From positions 477,143 through 541,142 of the forward strand of contig NMRA01000274.1 in assembly GCA_002633005.1 (NCBI GenBank): a stretch of 64,000 bases of DNA, given 5' to 3'. The position numbers and the translations under genes were made by a program. Positions 12,901-27,900 of this stretch are shown here, piece after piece. The notes below the pieces were generated by a model that was given only the letters and a program-made list of their open reading frames with translations, ran no database searches and was not told the origin of the DNA. The DNA comes from Phoronis australis. Taxonomy: Eukaryota > Animalia > Phoronida. Position 1 is the stretch's first letter. Every line of letters begins with the position of its first letter.

Positions 12901-15900
12901 ATTACACACCACATTTTTTTCTCGTAAAGTTTGCACTGTATTCTCGCGCATCAATATAAGTCGTTCGGCCGTGCGGATTTTTTTTGATATTTTTTCATTC
13001 ATTCGTTCAAGTCGCTACCGAGCTATGCGAACAAATTAAGGAAGTTTGCACAAAGTTTTATCTGGTTTGCATGTTCAACGACATTGGTGGCATTTGTACG
13101 GCAGGTCAGTGCTAGAATTTTGTCGGGTATCATTTTTTCGAAGTGTACGTTCTCCGTCGGCTATTTCAAATTGGCTGCTCCGTCGAATATATCGAGTGCT
13201 GCCTTAAACTTCCGCGTCGGCAACTAGCATTAGGAGTACGGCAAATCTTTTGAACTTCGGGTGTGGGTTTTTCAATTTCAAAGATTAAGTGTCCATGTAC
13301 GGGTAGTTAGCGCTGGATGCAACTTTTCTTGACACTAGTCGTGCGGGGGATTCCGTATGAAGTCACCTTGACGTCACAGAATAGGAAGGTATTCCCCAAA
13401 GATGGCTGCCAGTATTTGCTGATCGTCATTGTGACATTTATAGTAAAAATAGACGGCAAAAGTTTTTAATGTCGAGTTATTTCTTAATATTTAGCGAACT
13501 TAATTAATGAATTGTAGGTTTCAATGAAATTTATTAATAATAAATGTTAAAATTCTTCGTTTAGACTTCATTTTCACCGAGGTTGTTTTGGAACAGGCCG
13601 TCTTTTTTCCATCTTGGCCGTGCCGTCCAAAGCCGTCATTTTTTTCAAAGGGCCGTCCCAAGGACGGCCGCTAGATGAGTCCCTGCTTCTAATACACCCC
13701 CACAATGTCTAGTCCGGGGTATTCCACTAAAAAGGTGAACACCCTTGGGTACCAACGTGCACTGCTTTCTTGCAATGTTGGTACTGAAATCAATGTCAAA
13801 AATAAGACATTAACATAGGTCTTGTTTTCAAACTGAAGCACCCTAATCACGGGCAACCCAGAAATTATTTGCTACAGGCACGTTTTTTCCACATTCTAGG
13901 AATTGAACAGAGACAAATCCACTTTTGACCACCTGAAAGCGCAGCCCTATGCACAATGACTGAGTGAACACGAACTGCTCAGATGTCTAATGAGCCGCGC
14001 TACGATCAAGCACCGTAATAATACACAATAATAACACCTATACTTTATAACAAGTAATACTCTACAGTTTTCCAATGAAAAGTAATGAAAGTATACCTGA
14101 GAAGCAGATGCCTTGACCGCCAACAAAGCGGCCATAACAAGGTCACCACTTGATTCTGTATTTCTGTTGGATAGCTAAGCAAGTCAGCAGACAGGTGATA
14201 TATCTAGAAAGCACCAATTCAAAATTACTAGGCATTCATGACTGGATATTTAGCATGAGGTAGGGAGCTTAGAAATTCATCAAAATGCAAATTACACAAA
14301 CACTGCTGGGTTACGAATGTGCAAAAATTCACGCAAAAAGATATATCAAAAACATAGGCAGTACAGAAAATGTGTCAGCATTAAAACAACGAATAATATT
14401 CAGAAGTCTTTCATCTGGCTATCACAATGACATTTGTGTTGGAAAATTCATCACTAGAATATTTCTTTACATTAATAAATTACATCTAATTCATTATTTA
14501 CTTTCGCTATGCTTATCAGAAGAAAGTTCTGGAATGGAAAAACACTGCAGTTAAGACACTCTTACACTTTGCATTACCTGAAGAAGAATTCCATGAACAG
14601 AGTTGTGGTGGTAAGTGCTGCCCTCACCTTGAGGCAAACACTTCATGAGTTCTGACATCACTGGCACTAGCTGGTCTTTGCTCACTAGAGGGCGCAAAGC
14701 TCTGGCAGCCATCAGGCGAGTTTTCATTACTGGGCTGGCTGCACATCTGGAAGGCAAAAAATAAATGCTGTGTGTTAGTTTAAGTCAACGTGAAACACTG
14801 TTTACTGATAAGTCTTTGAAATAACATTCTCTTTATGGTGCACTTCCAGAAACAAAAAGACGACTAAAATGTCATTCATCAAACCTTTGAGGTTCAATTG
14901 CTACAGTACACACCCAAAGTATTCGGACAATATTACCCAGAATTCCCAGTCATAACGGCTAGGGGGAAGCCGAATTCATCGACAGAGAATTCTTCCCCCA
15001 TTACCGTCATCGAAGAGGAATTAACAAGAAAGTCAGTAAAGTGGCTCAGCCATTTTGTAATTATTATTTTTGCCCGCATAATAGTTTTCAGTAGTCGTTT
15101 TTTTTTGCTGTAAACAAAATTTAGCTGTCATCACGAGAAGTGGTATTTTGTCTGATTACTTTTGTCTGGTACTGTATCTCCCTTTGATTACTTTTGTCTT
15201 GTACAGTGACAACAATGACATACAAAGTCACTTTTTGTGACCAAATAAACTATTAAAGCACTAAGAACCAGAATGCTGTTTAAATTTGAAGGTGGTCAGA
15301 GTTCTACAAGTAGCAATGGGATTCCCATAATATTCTCATCAAAAATGTAAAAATAGCCACTTTGAAGCTCATTTGTTTTTCAGTGAAACTCCTACAAGAC
15401 CCATGAATATTTTCCTTCAGTCTGCAAAATAATTTAAAACAGGCAACACTGAAACAAACAAGAAATACCTGTGAATGAGGGGGATGAACGTAGTAAGATT
15501 CAGGCTGCTGTCAGTGCCCTCTATGATTGAAGGAAACAAACGTGCCAGTATCATCAAGACTGGGTACAGCCCTGGGTGGAGATGCAGTGTGTTTTTACTT
15601 CTACAAAATATACATTTTGAAAGTACAAATATCCTCTGCTAGAAACAACAGGAACTGTTAGGTACGACAACTAATACCACAACAGTTGGATATAACCTGC
15701 GCACATTTTAAGAAACAGTTTGATGCTCATTATTCAGTGGAAAAAACAGGTTCTCAAATTGCGAGCACGTTATATTTGACTATAAACCAATGAATAATAC
15801 TCCCACTATAGGTGTGAATCATTTAAAGTAAAAACATAAGGTGTCAGGGTGGTCTCGAACAAAGTTCGCAAAGGCCTGCCTGTCTACCGCCATGCAAAAC

Positions 15901-18900
15901 AAATCGATCTCTCTCGTGGAAAACTGTGAAACAATTTGGGACAACAAGTTGAAGGAGACAGAATTATGAAAGCATCAAACTTAACAAAGAAAACCATCAA
16001 TGAATGCAAATTGTTGCAGATAAAACCCAAATTGTGAAATACATGAAGCAAGTATTGAATAGATAATCGATAACTTACTGCACATCTTGTGTGGCAGAGT
16101 CCAGCTGATCCAACAAAAATGGATACAAAGATGGGTAACGCGTGAAGAATTCCCTTCCAGTCATACTTGAAAAAACAATATAAATTAGGCTTCATAATTT
16201 GTTACAATGAAAAGGAGCGAAATGTCACTGAATTTATGAAAATAAAAGTTACCGTAGTCATTTCTTTATTTTAGTTACAGCCCTGGCTAAATATGAGTAA
16301 TCAATCAAACGAGAACGTTAAAATAGGGTATTTGATAAATTTTAATTTTAAAAAACCTAGAGTGCAGATTTAACGATCAAATTTTCTAGGGTCTAAAATC
16401 TGCTTTGTATTGAATTTCCAACTCATGCGAAACAGAAAGATCTTTAAATTGACCATACAAGACTTTAAAACAAATCACAAATTACTGTAATTTTGGAGTT
16501 CGGTCACAACAGGAGTAGGACTTATGCATTTGAGTGCCTATTCCTTCATGATGGATCTATAACAGACTCCATACCAGTTCTTCCTAGAATGCCCTTCTTT
16601 GCCTCTGTTCACACCAAATATACGAGTCATCAACGCACTGAACAAAAGAGTACATGAATTGCGGATCTGAAAAGGAGGGACAAAATGTGCAGAGTGTTTC
16701 AGACAAAACATCCCTAACCGAAAGGATATATATTGAATTCAAATCGGTTCAATTTTCTTGAAACACTTTGTACTTCAGCTGACCTGTTCTGACAAAAGTA
16801 TTTCACATTCCATGATTACATTTCAAGCTGCACTTCATCCTGTTAAGCTGTTTAAAAACAGAAATTGAATTAGGCCTTTATTTGTGTGAAATTGGTCTCT
16901 ATAATATCTTACCATGATAGGATTCTATTCCAGTTACCAAATTTCAAGAATATTCCAACTATCAGTAATTTGAAAAACGTTTCTTAATTTACTGGATTTC
17001 AGATGACCATACCAAAAAGTGCAAATTCAAAAATGGGACACGCACACACTGTGTGTGACTTGAGTCGGTAACATAAATGAAATCTTATCACGGTAAAGAA
17101 TACGAGACTGATCTATGAGAGTAAAGGGCATGCTAAACAGGAAGACATGCAGCTTCAAGAAATGAGTTGCACTGAATAGTTGAGTGAATATTAAGTAAAA
17201 TATCCTAAGCTTCTAATAGTTTGAATTTATTATTCCGTGAAATAGAATTAAATGTGCCAAGAATACAGTAGATGTTTACTACATGAGCGCGCACCCATCA
17301 TCCAATATCATCATACAGTAACTGTCTCCAGTATTGGTGCATACCTCTGTTAAGATGAAAACATTTCAGAACGTTCTCTAGAAATGGCCTTACAAACCAT
17401 TCTGCCAAATAGCATTTGATTGTTCATAGTAAGAGACCATTTGATACTATAAGATGATAATCGAGAACAAAATGTTCTTTATTTCTTACACTACTGCTAA
17501 AGACTGAAATGTAAATGACTTTGAATGGTTTTTGTGGTAAACTATACCATTGCTGCATCCATCAAATCTGATAAAGGAGGCAAATGGAATGTTGGCTAAA
17601 GATTTATGACAATGCATCTACAATGAACCAACTTTCTTCAAAATTTGCAATGGTTTATGGGATACATACAGCCCACACTTGTGAAGAGAATCCCAAAATG
17701 GCCGCCCTCACGCCGTCTGCTACAAAAGGCATCACAGAGTCAGCAAGGCGGGAATCTTTGAACAGCGCTCGTAAGGTGTTAAGAGAATGAACCTGCACAT
17801 GAAAAACCAAAGGAAATCAAGTACTATTGTCACGTAAATACACAATTAACATGAGGTTTCTAAATAAACATACATTGCTTGGAATTTTAACAAATTACAA
17901 TTAATACAAGAGTAAGTAATATTTAAAAAGATTTGCATTATTTCTTACCAAGTACGTAAGTCAAAACTTATATACATAAAAAGAGCTTGTATAGAGAGTA
18001 GGCCATGAGGACAAATACAGAACAAAGTAAAAGAAAAATGGAAGCGATTTGGAACGTGACCCTTAACAAACATGAGTGAAAAATATTATAATGTTGATGA
18101 CATTGACAAGGACTATTAACAAACAATGGTTGACCACTTGGACCAACACATGTTTTTTTAATGAAGTCAATTAATATATCTTGGAAGTCACAAGGTCACA
18201 GAAGAGTACACTGGTAAAAGTAATGAAGAAACTAAATAAACAATCTGAACAAATGGGTTAAGTTCAAGCTCACTGTAAAAATGGTTTGATGTGCACCACT
18301 CTTAGATTACTTAGCACCAAAGTAGCAACCTATTCTAGACAGAATCCAAATTTGAGCTAAGTGATATGGCTGTGGTGTTAGTATTGGTCAACAGTTTAGT
18401 GTTATGTTGGTGAACCAGCATATAGCACAGCATGTAGCACAGCATGTAGCACAGCATGTAGCACAGCATGTAGCACAGCATGTAGCACAGCATGTAGCAC
18501 AGCAACACAATCAGAAAAATGCAAAGTGACGTGAAATTGGTTTAGAGACTATAATTTAACAACACTACCTGTCAGTGCTAAAAATAGTCTTCCATTTTGT
18601 GACATGTCCACGGTAACTGGAGGTGGTACACTTACCTGTGGAAGGTTCTCATCAATCACTCCAGGTTCACTTGGCAAGGCCAGCTGAAGGAGCAATGTCA
18701 ATGTTTCCTTTACACAACTATTGGTGTCGCTAGCGGGTTCCGTGGCAAGTATGGCCTGTGGTTACGGAAAAGGCAAATCACCAACACACAACATGAGAAA
18801 CTCCAATGGCGTGAAAATGAGGCCAGAGAACTGCTTGAAGGATGTTGCAGCATTATTGGTAAATACTGCGAGATTCAACTGTTGCTGCAGTAATCCAAGG

Positions 18901-21900
18901 CCATCCTATTACCAGGTACAGGGCTTGGAATGACCGATGACGAAAAACGCGGAAATTTTTACGGCCCGAAACATGCGCGCAGCCAGCCTTGAAAAAGTCG
19001 GTGTGGACATTTTGCCGACAAATATCGAGAGGACTAAAAAAGGTGCCACCTCCGGAAGCGTGCATCTGCGTCTGTCTTAGCTCGTCCGCCACTCCCACCT
19101 CCAAACATTTTTGGCTGCACAGTCGTAGTATTTGTCACCATTTGTCACCGCGGTTTACAATCACACGAGCCGCCATTGAGGAAATCCACCACGCTATCCC
19201 AGATGCCCCAGCAATGTTGACAATTTACGTTCCTCCGAAACATAAAGAGCAACTTCCGCTTATCAAGGTGAAAGTCGTCGGCAATGCGGCGGTAAGAAAG
19301 AAATTTGCCGCGGAAATTTTATATCAAATCCGATTTTTTTTACGTGGAAATATAATAAAATACGCGGACAAAACATTTGAAAAAAGCAGAAATCCGCGTT
19401 TCCGCAGAAAATTCCAAGCCCTGCAGGTATCTACTCGATAAACAATCATGTAAATTCTAATACAAACCACCTCAGTAAACCTTGCGTTTCATAACTGAAA
19501 ATTTCTTTGTAATAAGTATACAAAATTCATATATTTTTTGAGGTTATGATCAAACCCATGCGATAATTGTGACCAAGCATAATCCACTGGAAGTACCAAC
19601 CTGGATATAGAAGGGAACTCCTGCACTGCGACGTGTAGCACACAACCTACTGCTGGGGCCTGTATCTTGGATATCAGCCAGTATTTCTCTCATCCATTGT
19701 CTGGGCAGCTGGCGTAAACGGGAATGTTGTGATCTACAATGGAATTTTTTTAAAACACAAAAATCACACGTACCAAATGCTGCATTTCTTAGAGTTTTTG
19801 AGTAATGGTCTGATATAGCGTGCCCAAATTTTGAGGAGCAGTTTTCTCCACTAAATAACGGGCAAGAAACTGGTTCTCAAAATACGGGCTCGTTATTTCA
19901 GACTATTGCCAACATCATGTGCTTACAAACAGTGTTACAATACTAGGAGCATGAATGTATTTCCATAGCAAGTCTCAATTTTGCATTACTCAGCACGGAT
20001 AATCAATTTCTGAAAAGTCAGCACATCTCATTTTCCATGACCATCGCGCTATGTATGGAGCGGTTCTCATAACATCATGTATAAAAAAGTCACTGATTCT
20101 TATAGACAGTATTTCAAAAAGATTCAGCCATTTCTCGGAGAATTCATTTAGTGACTTCTATATTAGAAAGACTCTACTTTTACATAAAGTACATATGACT
20201 GGAGGACACGATAATAAATAATATGCACCTCCACAACATGTCGCACATCTTGACAAAGCCTGCGTAAGCCAGCTCAAATGCCCCTCTGTGTCGGGACTCT
20301 AACAACTGGATGGTGAAGTACTGACCAACAGACAATACCTGCAAGAGAATACAAAATACAGGCTGATCAAAATTCCCAAACCTACACAAACTTTAATTAA
20401 TGCTACAAAAGTCTGTTTATTTTTTCAGATAATTGTTCCAAAAAGTTTTTTTACCATACAAATCCATTTGTATTGAATTTCGTGTTGTTTCCAAAACAAC
20501 TGGAATTTTATACAAAATTTTGCGAGTTCCGCTTTTTGTGGTAACACTGTGCTCTGGATAGAGTAAACTATAATTTTGCATAATGTCACATACAAACAAT
20601 TTTTAAGCAGTGTAAATGATAACAGAATATAACATATATTAAAGAAACAATAAAATGATAGACAAATTTTGTTTTTCAGACAAATAGGAAATAAATGGTA
20701 ACTTTTGTTTTTTGAAAAAAAATACAACTAAAAGCACATGCTAGTTAAGAACAAGAAACAAAACAGGCTGCCTGATGATAGACAAAAATGTAACTTAAAC
20801 TTACAAGAGAATCGATGCTTAAGTTTAAAAGCAAATAGGGTATCATTTTGTTAAAACCAAAACTTATACAATTTGGCTTACAAATACTGAAAAGTTAACC
20901 TGGTCACAAAACAACAATCCTGTTGCTGAATCTGCAGCAGACGTGTCTTCAACAGGAACCGTCTGCATCAGCTGGCCTAGAATCAATGATACTTCCTTTA
21001 CTGTTCGCCAACAGCAGGCCAGCAGATACTCGGGCATCAGTTGCACCAGGCCACGACTTTTGTTGACTGCTTCGAATAGCTGCTTCTCCTCTTCTGATCT
21101 GAAGATGGCGCTGGAAACTTCGTCATCCATAACTGCAAAAAGCAACTGCCCCAACTTATTACAGAAAGTTCATCAAAAAGTGATATTACTGTCAAGGCAA
21201 ATTAATGTATTAAATGTGTGTATCAATATGCAACTGGATTTCTGTGTTTAGTCTAGAATAACATTGTCACCTAGGAGGAAAGCAGAGAAAAGTGGAACTC
21301 AGTCACAGTCCTTCGTTTTAAACTAACAAGACAACAGAAAACTAAAGCATAAGCCTGGAAAGCAAAAAGTATCTAAAACTCATTCCAACAACAAAAGAAA
21401 GAAGCCCAAAGGACATAAGTAAATGTGCGAGTCAGGTAGCTCGTCAAATTAGCCTACCTTGCACCTGGTCCTCAGGTACATTGCCTTCAGGTGACGAGTG
21501 ACTGATTACAGGTGAGACAACTTCAGCTAACTCATAGCACACCTGAAGCAGGTGATCGAAGAACCGTCGCCACCGGGGGTAACTAACTGGGTCAATGGAG
21601 CTGACAAAAATACCAACAGAATTTTCAATTTTTTCCTCATTCGCAAATTCACTATCATTTACAAGTAAAGCTTCTTTTCACATTGTTTAGCTGGCAAAAA
21701 AATGAAAATCGAACATGGAGTTTTGCCTGCTACTCTCATAAAATCAGTCTCATAACGTTCCTTCCCAGTCACAAGACTTCATTTCTATTACCAACAAAAA
21801 CATCGAAACCATTAGCAACTCGAAAAATGCTTCCAAATTTATTGGGGTTGGCCAACAGCAAATTTGAAAATGTCGCATGTGCGTCACACTAGTGATTTGG

Positions 21901-24900
21901 GTTGGTAACGGGAATCCTATAATGGTAAGGAATATCATGAGACTGATTTTATGACGAGAGTAAAAAGTCTAATTCTATTTCCGTTTTTAGTAAAAATTAT
22001 AAGGCATACTTGACATCTCCTAATGCCATAGGAGTAATGAAAACAGCTCATGAACTGATACCCAAATTAGAAATTCAACTACAAACAAACAAGCTACCAG
22101 TGAACACCAAACCATGAACACAATGCCGAAATCCTACTGCCTCAGATGAGGGTTCTCCCATGCCTTATTTGATACTTATCAACACCATTTCATTTAGGGG
22201 TTTGGCAAGGCAACTTATTTCAAAAACAATTGCTGTGCCTGGAAAGGACATTGCAGAGATTTACCCAGAGATCAGACACCAAAGTTGTATGTTATGCAAG
22301 TGAAACAGTCAGCGTTACTCATGTAACAGAAATAAAGCAGCCTGTGAAGCCCACTTGTTCAAAGCCAATAAGCGATTTGATCCGATGAGATTGGTGTTCA
22401 CTGCGAGTCAACTTGCCTGACATCTAGTGGTGCACCAGACGGCAATTATTGTATTGTCATCCAGTAGACGTCCACTCAGAGCTAATCAAGGGTTAAAAAA
22501 GGCAGGTTCTTGTATTACGTTGCTGGCAAATTTCTCTCTCCCTATGAACTTGTTATTGTCATCGAGTAAAGACTTCATTAAGTTTGTCACCAACAATTTT
22601 CATTTTTCAGATGCTGTACAGCATAACCCCACTTCCATGACACAGAATTGACCATGCTACAAGCTTGTGGTCTAGTAATTCGTAAACAAATTTGCTAGTA
22701 TTGGTGAAGTTACATACTATTACAGTAAGGAGCAGCTCATTCTGAAAAAAAATTACATCAATAGGCTTCTTTAACAAACTTACGCCAAGCAGACGTCGGC
22801 GAGGACTGATCGAATGCAATGCATTGATGGATACATTGGTCTAGAGGCTGCAGCGTGAACTAGACTGGTTTTTGCCACGGCCAATTGGTCAGCCAGACTG
22901 GTGAGGAGACGGTCAAGTTGGAGAATGCAACGATTGTTGAATGAGTTCGGGACAGAATGGGTTTGGTTTGCGTTCACCGTGAAGTCACCGTGTTTGATTA
23001 GGACCTGCAACAGGCAATGTACAGTTTAATATCAGGGTAGAGTTCAATAATGGTAGGACCTCGCTAAAAACAAGACTGTGAAATTACGTGAGATATTGAC
23101 GTGTATTTTAATTGGGAATACATGATTTTGGCTAGATTGTCGTGAGGTCCTAGCATGGGTCCTAGCATTAATGAAGCCTACCCTGGATATAATTAGTGAA
23201 GATGTAAGTCCATGAACTAACCACAACAAAACTAAGATAAAGACAGAACCTTCAAACTGGAATAAATAAAGTATGGTTGAGCTTGTAACCCTGTTTCGCT
23301 TTAATTATTTACAGTTCTGTACTGAAGTTGCATTTTATGTGGCTTTAATTAAACCAGCTGTATTTCACCCTGTTCAGCTGAGTAAAAAACAAAAATCAAA
23401 TGAGGCCTTTTACTCTCATAATATCAGAATCATAGTATTCCTTATCGCGGTAAGATTCTATTATTTTACTTGAAGTTTAGAGCAGAAAAAGAATTTTCAG
23501 AAATGACTGAGTGGTTCTCACATTGTACAGGGAACTTTGTCTGAGCAGCAGACGGAGCATATAAGCAGCGGTGGCGCTATCTTGTGGTTTGGTGCTCTCT
23601 GACAACTCCATGGCAATGGCATACAAATCCTGCAATCTGTTTCCTTCCTGCATAGAGGATAAGAACATTTTAATTTCCTTTTTTAGATTCGAGGAGAAAT
23701 TGAAAATTATACAAGCACTTACATTCAATTACAGTGATGAAATATTGAAATTGGTTGGTGACAGGTACGAGTGACACTTTACAATGTTGGCTCCAAATCA
23801 AAGCACTGTTTGAAGGGAATGCAGGATTTCTGTTCAGGATGGATGTCAGATTTCTAAATCAGAAACCAAGTACGACAAATCATCTGTTCACTGACTGACA
23901 CACCGAATAAAAATTTCACAGTAGTTCACATTCAGATCAAGTTTCCAAATTGAAGTTTTAAATGGTGCATAAACAATCGCTGGTTCACACATAGAAAACT
24001 TTCAGATGTTCCTATTCATTTCTTTAAAAACACTGCTTTTAGTGAATTTTCATCATTTTCAGCAGTTTTAACTAACATAAACGCATTTAGAAAGACTACT
24101 TTATGTGAGCTTGTTAAGTTAGCTCACACACAATATAGCTACTGTTACAGTAACATATATTTATTAAATGGGCCTAAAAACAATCTATGACTAATATCAC
24201 CTGGATAATTTAAAAGCATTTTTATGACACATTACCGAGAAGTAAACTCTTTCCACAGGTAGTAAATTCAAAACGGCAAATGCTTCATTCTTAATAAGCT
24301 CAAAGGAATCTGTCAGGCATTCTAACAATGTCTGTACCCGGCTGGTGCTTATAACTTCTTCCACGTCTAACAGGCTGTCATCTAAAATAACACAACAGTC
24401 ACAGCACGATATAGAAAATGACAATTTAACGAAGTAATGTTACCATTTTTATGAATTTCTGTAAACAAATATTGGCTGATGCTGAAGCTTTGATGGAGCA
24501 CACGGCTATCACGCTCATTCGATACAATATTCGTCATTTTCCGTACAACATTATTTGTATTATGTAATAAGCAGACTTTGAGAAAGGTTTTTGGCGTCAA
24601 GTCAAACCTTCCTCTTTTCTAACAGACTTTTAAGGAACAGGAACTATTTTTTCAATAGCCTAAAACCACAAAAACGTATGCACTGAAGATCAAATTTTTT
24701 TCCTCCACTGTGACCATTCACCACTAACTTCATTGCACATCGTATTCAAACGATCAATCGGCGAATTTTAAATTTTTTTAGACATATTAAACATCCTTGC
24801 CACTTCTTTAAAACTTGGAGGAAACTCGTTTCCAGGCAACACACGTTTTAACCAATCATATCAATCTTACCTTGAAAGCCAGAACCACACTGAATCCTGC

Positions 24901-27900
24901 TTTCACTGCACTGAAACTCAGAGTGAAGTTCAGCCTAGAAGCCAAAGCGAAGTGCGGCAAGTTATTGTCAAATGTACGCGCTATGAAACTTTGTGATCAT
25001 GTAATCTGTGTTTATAGTAAACATAGATCATATGCCATGAGACTGTCATCGTAGTGACCTTGAGAACTGATTTTTATTTCAGAGTGTGTGAACTTGACGA
25101 TTTAAGATGTATTTTTAATACATTGAATGGGAGATGCGATGGAGACGATTGCCAAGATATCAGTGCCTATCCACAAAACCTCGGAGTTTGACGGGGTACC
25201 TGAAGTATTTGAATCAATTTATTCGAAAAAAAGGAAAACCTGCCAAATACATTGGGAAAGCTGTATTACTCTAGGTAGCAATGTACATGATAACGTCACA
25301 CGAAAATAGACAAACTTTGTATTGAATGTGCATGGTGGCTTTCGACATGTTTAACGCGATACCATTAAATGGGTTAGGATACTCATAGAGACAGCTAGAA
25401 GGAATCGCCCAGGACAGAACAGAATGGAAATCTTCGATTCGTGGCCTTTACCTGGTAGGGGTAACGGGCATTAATGATGATTAAAATTTTTCCTGAATTT
25501 TTTGCATCAACATCATCTGTAGCTGAAACTTTCAAATGGTACATGGCAAATGACAAATTAATGCAATGACGTCATAAAGTACATCTGATGAGCTGGGAAA
25601 ACTTGAATGTGAGATCCACCCTTACACAGCAACTAACAACAGTGTGTAATGCATAACCTGTTTCCAGAACAAAGCTTTTTGCATAAAACAATGATTATAG
25701 TAAATACCGTAAATAATAAAAGAACTACTAGCTACTGAAAGATAACTATAATGTAAGAAACTTTTTTAGTATTTTGTATGGCCAAGTAGTTTTTGGAAAT
25801 CAAAGCTCTCAAAATTAATCAGTGTACTCACAAGACACAAGTTCTTGGTTGTTTGGTTTCTGGCAAGCAAATGTAGTCAGCACAGTGAACAGTATGCTAC
25901 TGGCTGTGACACGACGTGGATAGCAGGCGCTGATATAAAGAGACTTGAAACACATATCACAGAGATCATGTAGGAACACCTGAAACAACAAGCTACTGAC
26001 TATATTCTGTGGACAGCGACATGCTAAGCTTCAATTTGCATCATTTTGACCGTTTTAACAAAACACGATAAGATTAACGAACTGGTTTAGAAGTAAATTT
26101 TCTATTTCATATGGGCAGGAAATTTTCATGGCATACAAATTTAAGCTACCAAGAAACAACAATTAGTCACTCCACCTAGTGTTTAGATACAGAACCAATT
26201 TATTCTTCATTTAAGCGTCACAAAATTACCAGTCAATAAATAAATTAAAACCAAACAGTTGCAAAAAATGAAGCAACTCAAATATATTTATTCTTTTAAT
26301 ACTACCCACTACATTATCACTAGTGAACAATCCTATTCACACAGTACATACCTTGTACCCGATAACGAGCGCACTTGAGTGGTGCTGATTAGTACTTCTC
26401 AGAAGGATGGCTTTACTGTCCTTTAGCCTTGTGAAAAGCTACAATAACAACATATCAAATGCCTCATTTTACCCAACCTACGTTGTTTACCAGAAACAGA
26501 GCACTTATAGATGACTCAACGCCAAGTTTTCAGACGACATATTAATTACATTTGTAACTTGGAAAATAGAGTGTGATGACACAGAAAATAAATAAATTAA
26601 CATTCTTTATAAACTGATAAAAAGTGACTTGATTTTCATTTGGTAATACTCATTTACCAATAGAGCAGCAACAACTTGTAAATTACGAGCTCATTACTTT
26701 ACATTAAGTAATCTTATTGGATCTGTAAGCAGGTCTATTCGTATTACAGCGTGCAACTCGACGCAGTAAAAAACACTGTATACTGCAAAAATATCCTCAC
26801 AACAACTGCTCAAATACTAGACATTGTTTTTTACATTTTTTGTCCTTTTAACAAACACAATATAAGTGTCTAATATTCAGAATCTGTAATTGAGTATATT
26901 ATGGTGTATGTGAATGACTGTCTAATCCTAGTTTGCACTTGATGATCAAAACATTGAATCAATAGTTTCGAGTCCGAAGTCGAAACCTCGAATTTGAATC
27001 GAGCTTGTAGGTCAAATCTAGAGGTCATCAAGTGCAAACTATAATGTACTGATCTTGACACTGACCTTGAGTTGACACAAAAGTAGGGCAGGAAATGTGA
27101 AAAATAATTTCAAGTCAATTTCGAGATTAAACCTCAGGCCATGTTCAGTTCTGGCAACACTTTAATTTTTTTAGCTAAACAATAAATAACGAAGCAACCT
27201 GATAGCATCCAGATATACTTTCCAACTTGGTGTCATGTCAGGGGCCTTTTCAAAGGTCCTTTAGCCTTCAAAAACTCTTTTTGAAGACTATTACTTCAAA
27301 CTAAAACAAGTTTTCACAAGGCATGACTAACCAGAGTACGTTGATTGCACAAAAAACAAAATACTAAATGAGAATGACATTAGATTACCTTTTTAAGCAA
27401 AGCTACCATTTCTTGCCTGAACGCAGGAACTTGGTTGTTCATGTTGTATTTCAAAAAGTGAATCACCAACGCAAGATCATCTTTTGGCACAGGTTGTGTG
27501 GTTTTGTGACTCTCGCAAAGCAGGCCTAAACTATCCAGTCGGATCTCAAATGAAACACCAAAATACAACAATTATTTTGCTACATAAAAAACTAAAAAAT
27601 CATCACCTGGAACAATTATATGGTGAACATAACAAAATTGTAAATGAGAATAGCACAACGTTATCAACCAAATACATATCATGGATCATTACTTGTAACA
27701 AATATGCTTGCTATGATACATAATTATTTAATGTGTGGTGCAAATGATAAATGGAAGTTTTTGAGAAATAGCAGTTATAGAACAGAAATAACAAGGGCTA
27801 CAAAATTAATCTGATTTTGAGATCACCCAATCATGTTATAGTCGAAATCAATTTTTTCATTTCCTAAATATAAATAGAAAACATCATTGCGTAAGAATCC

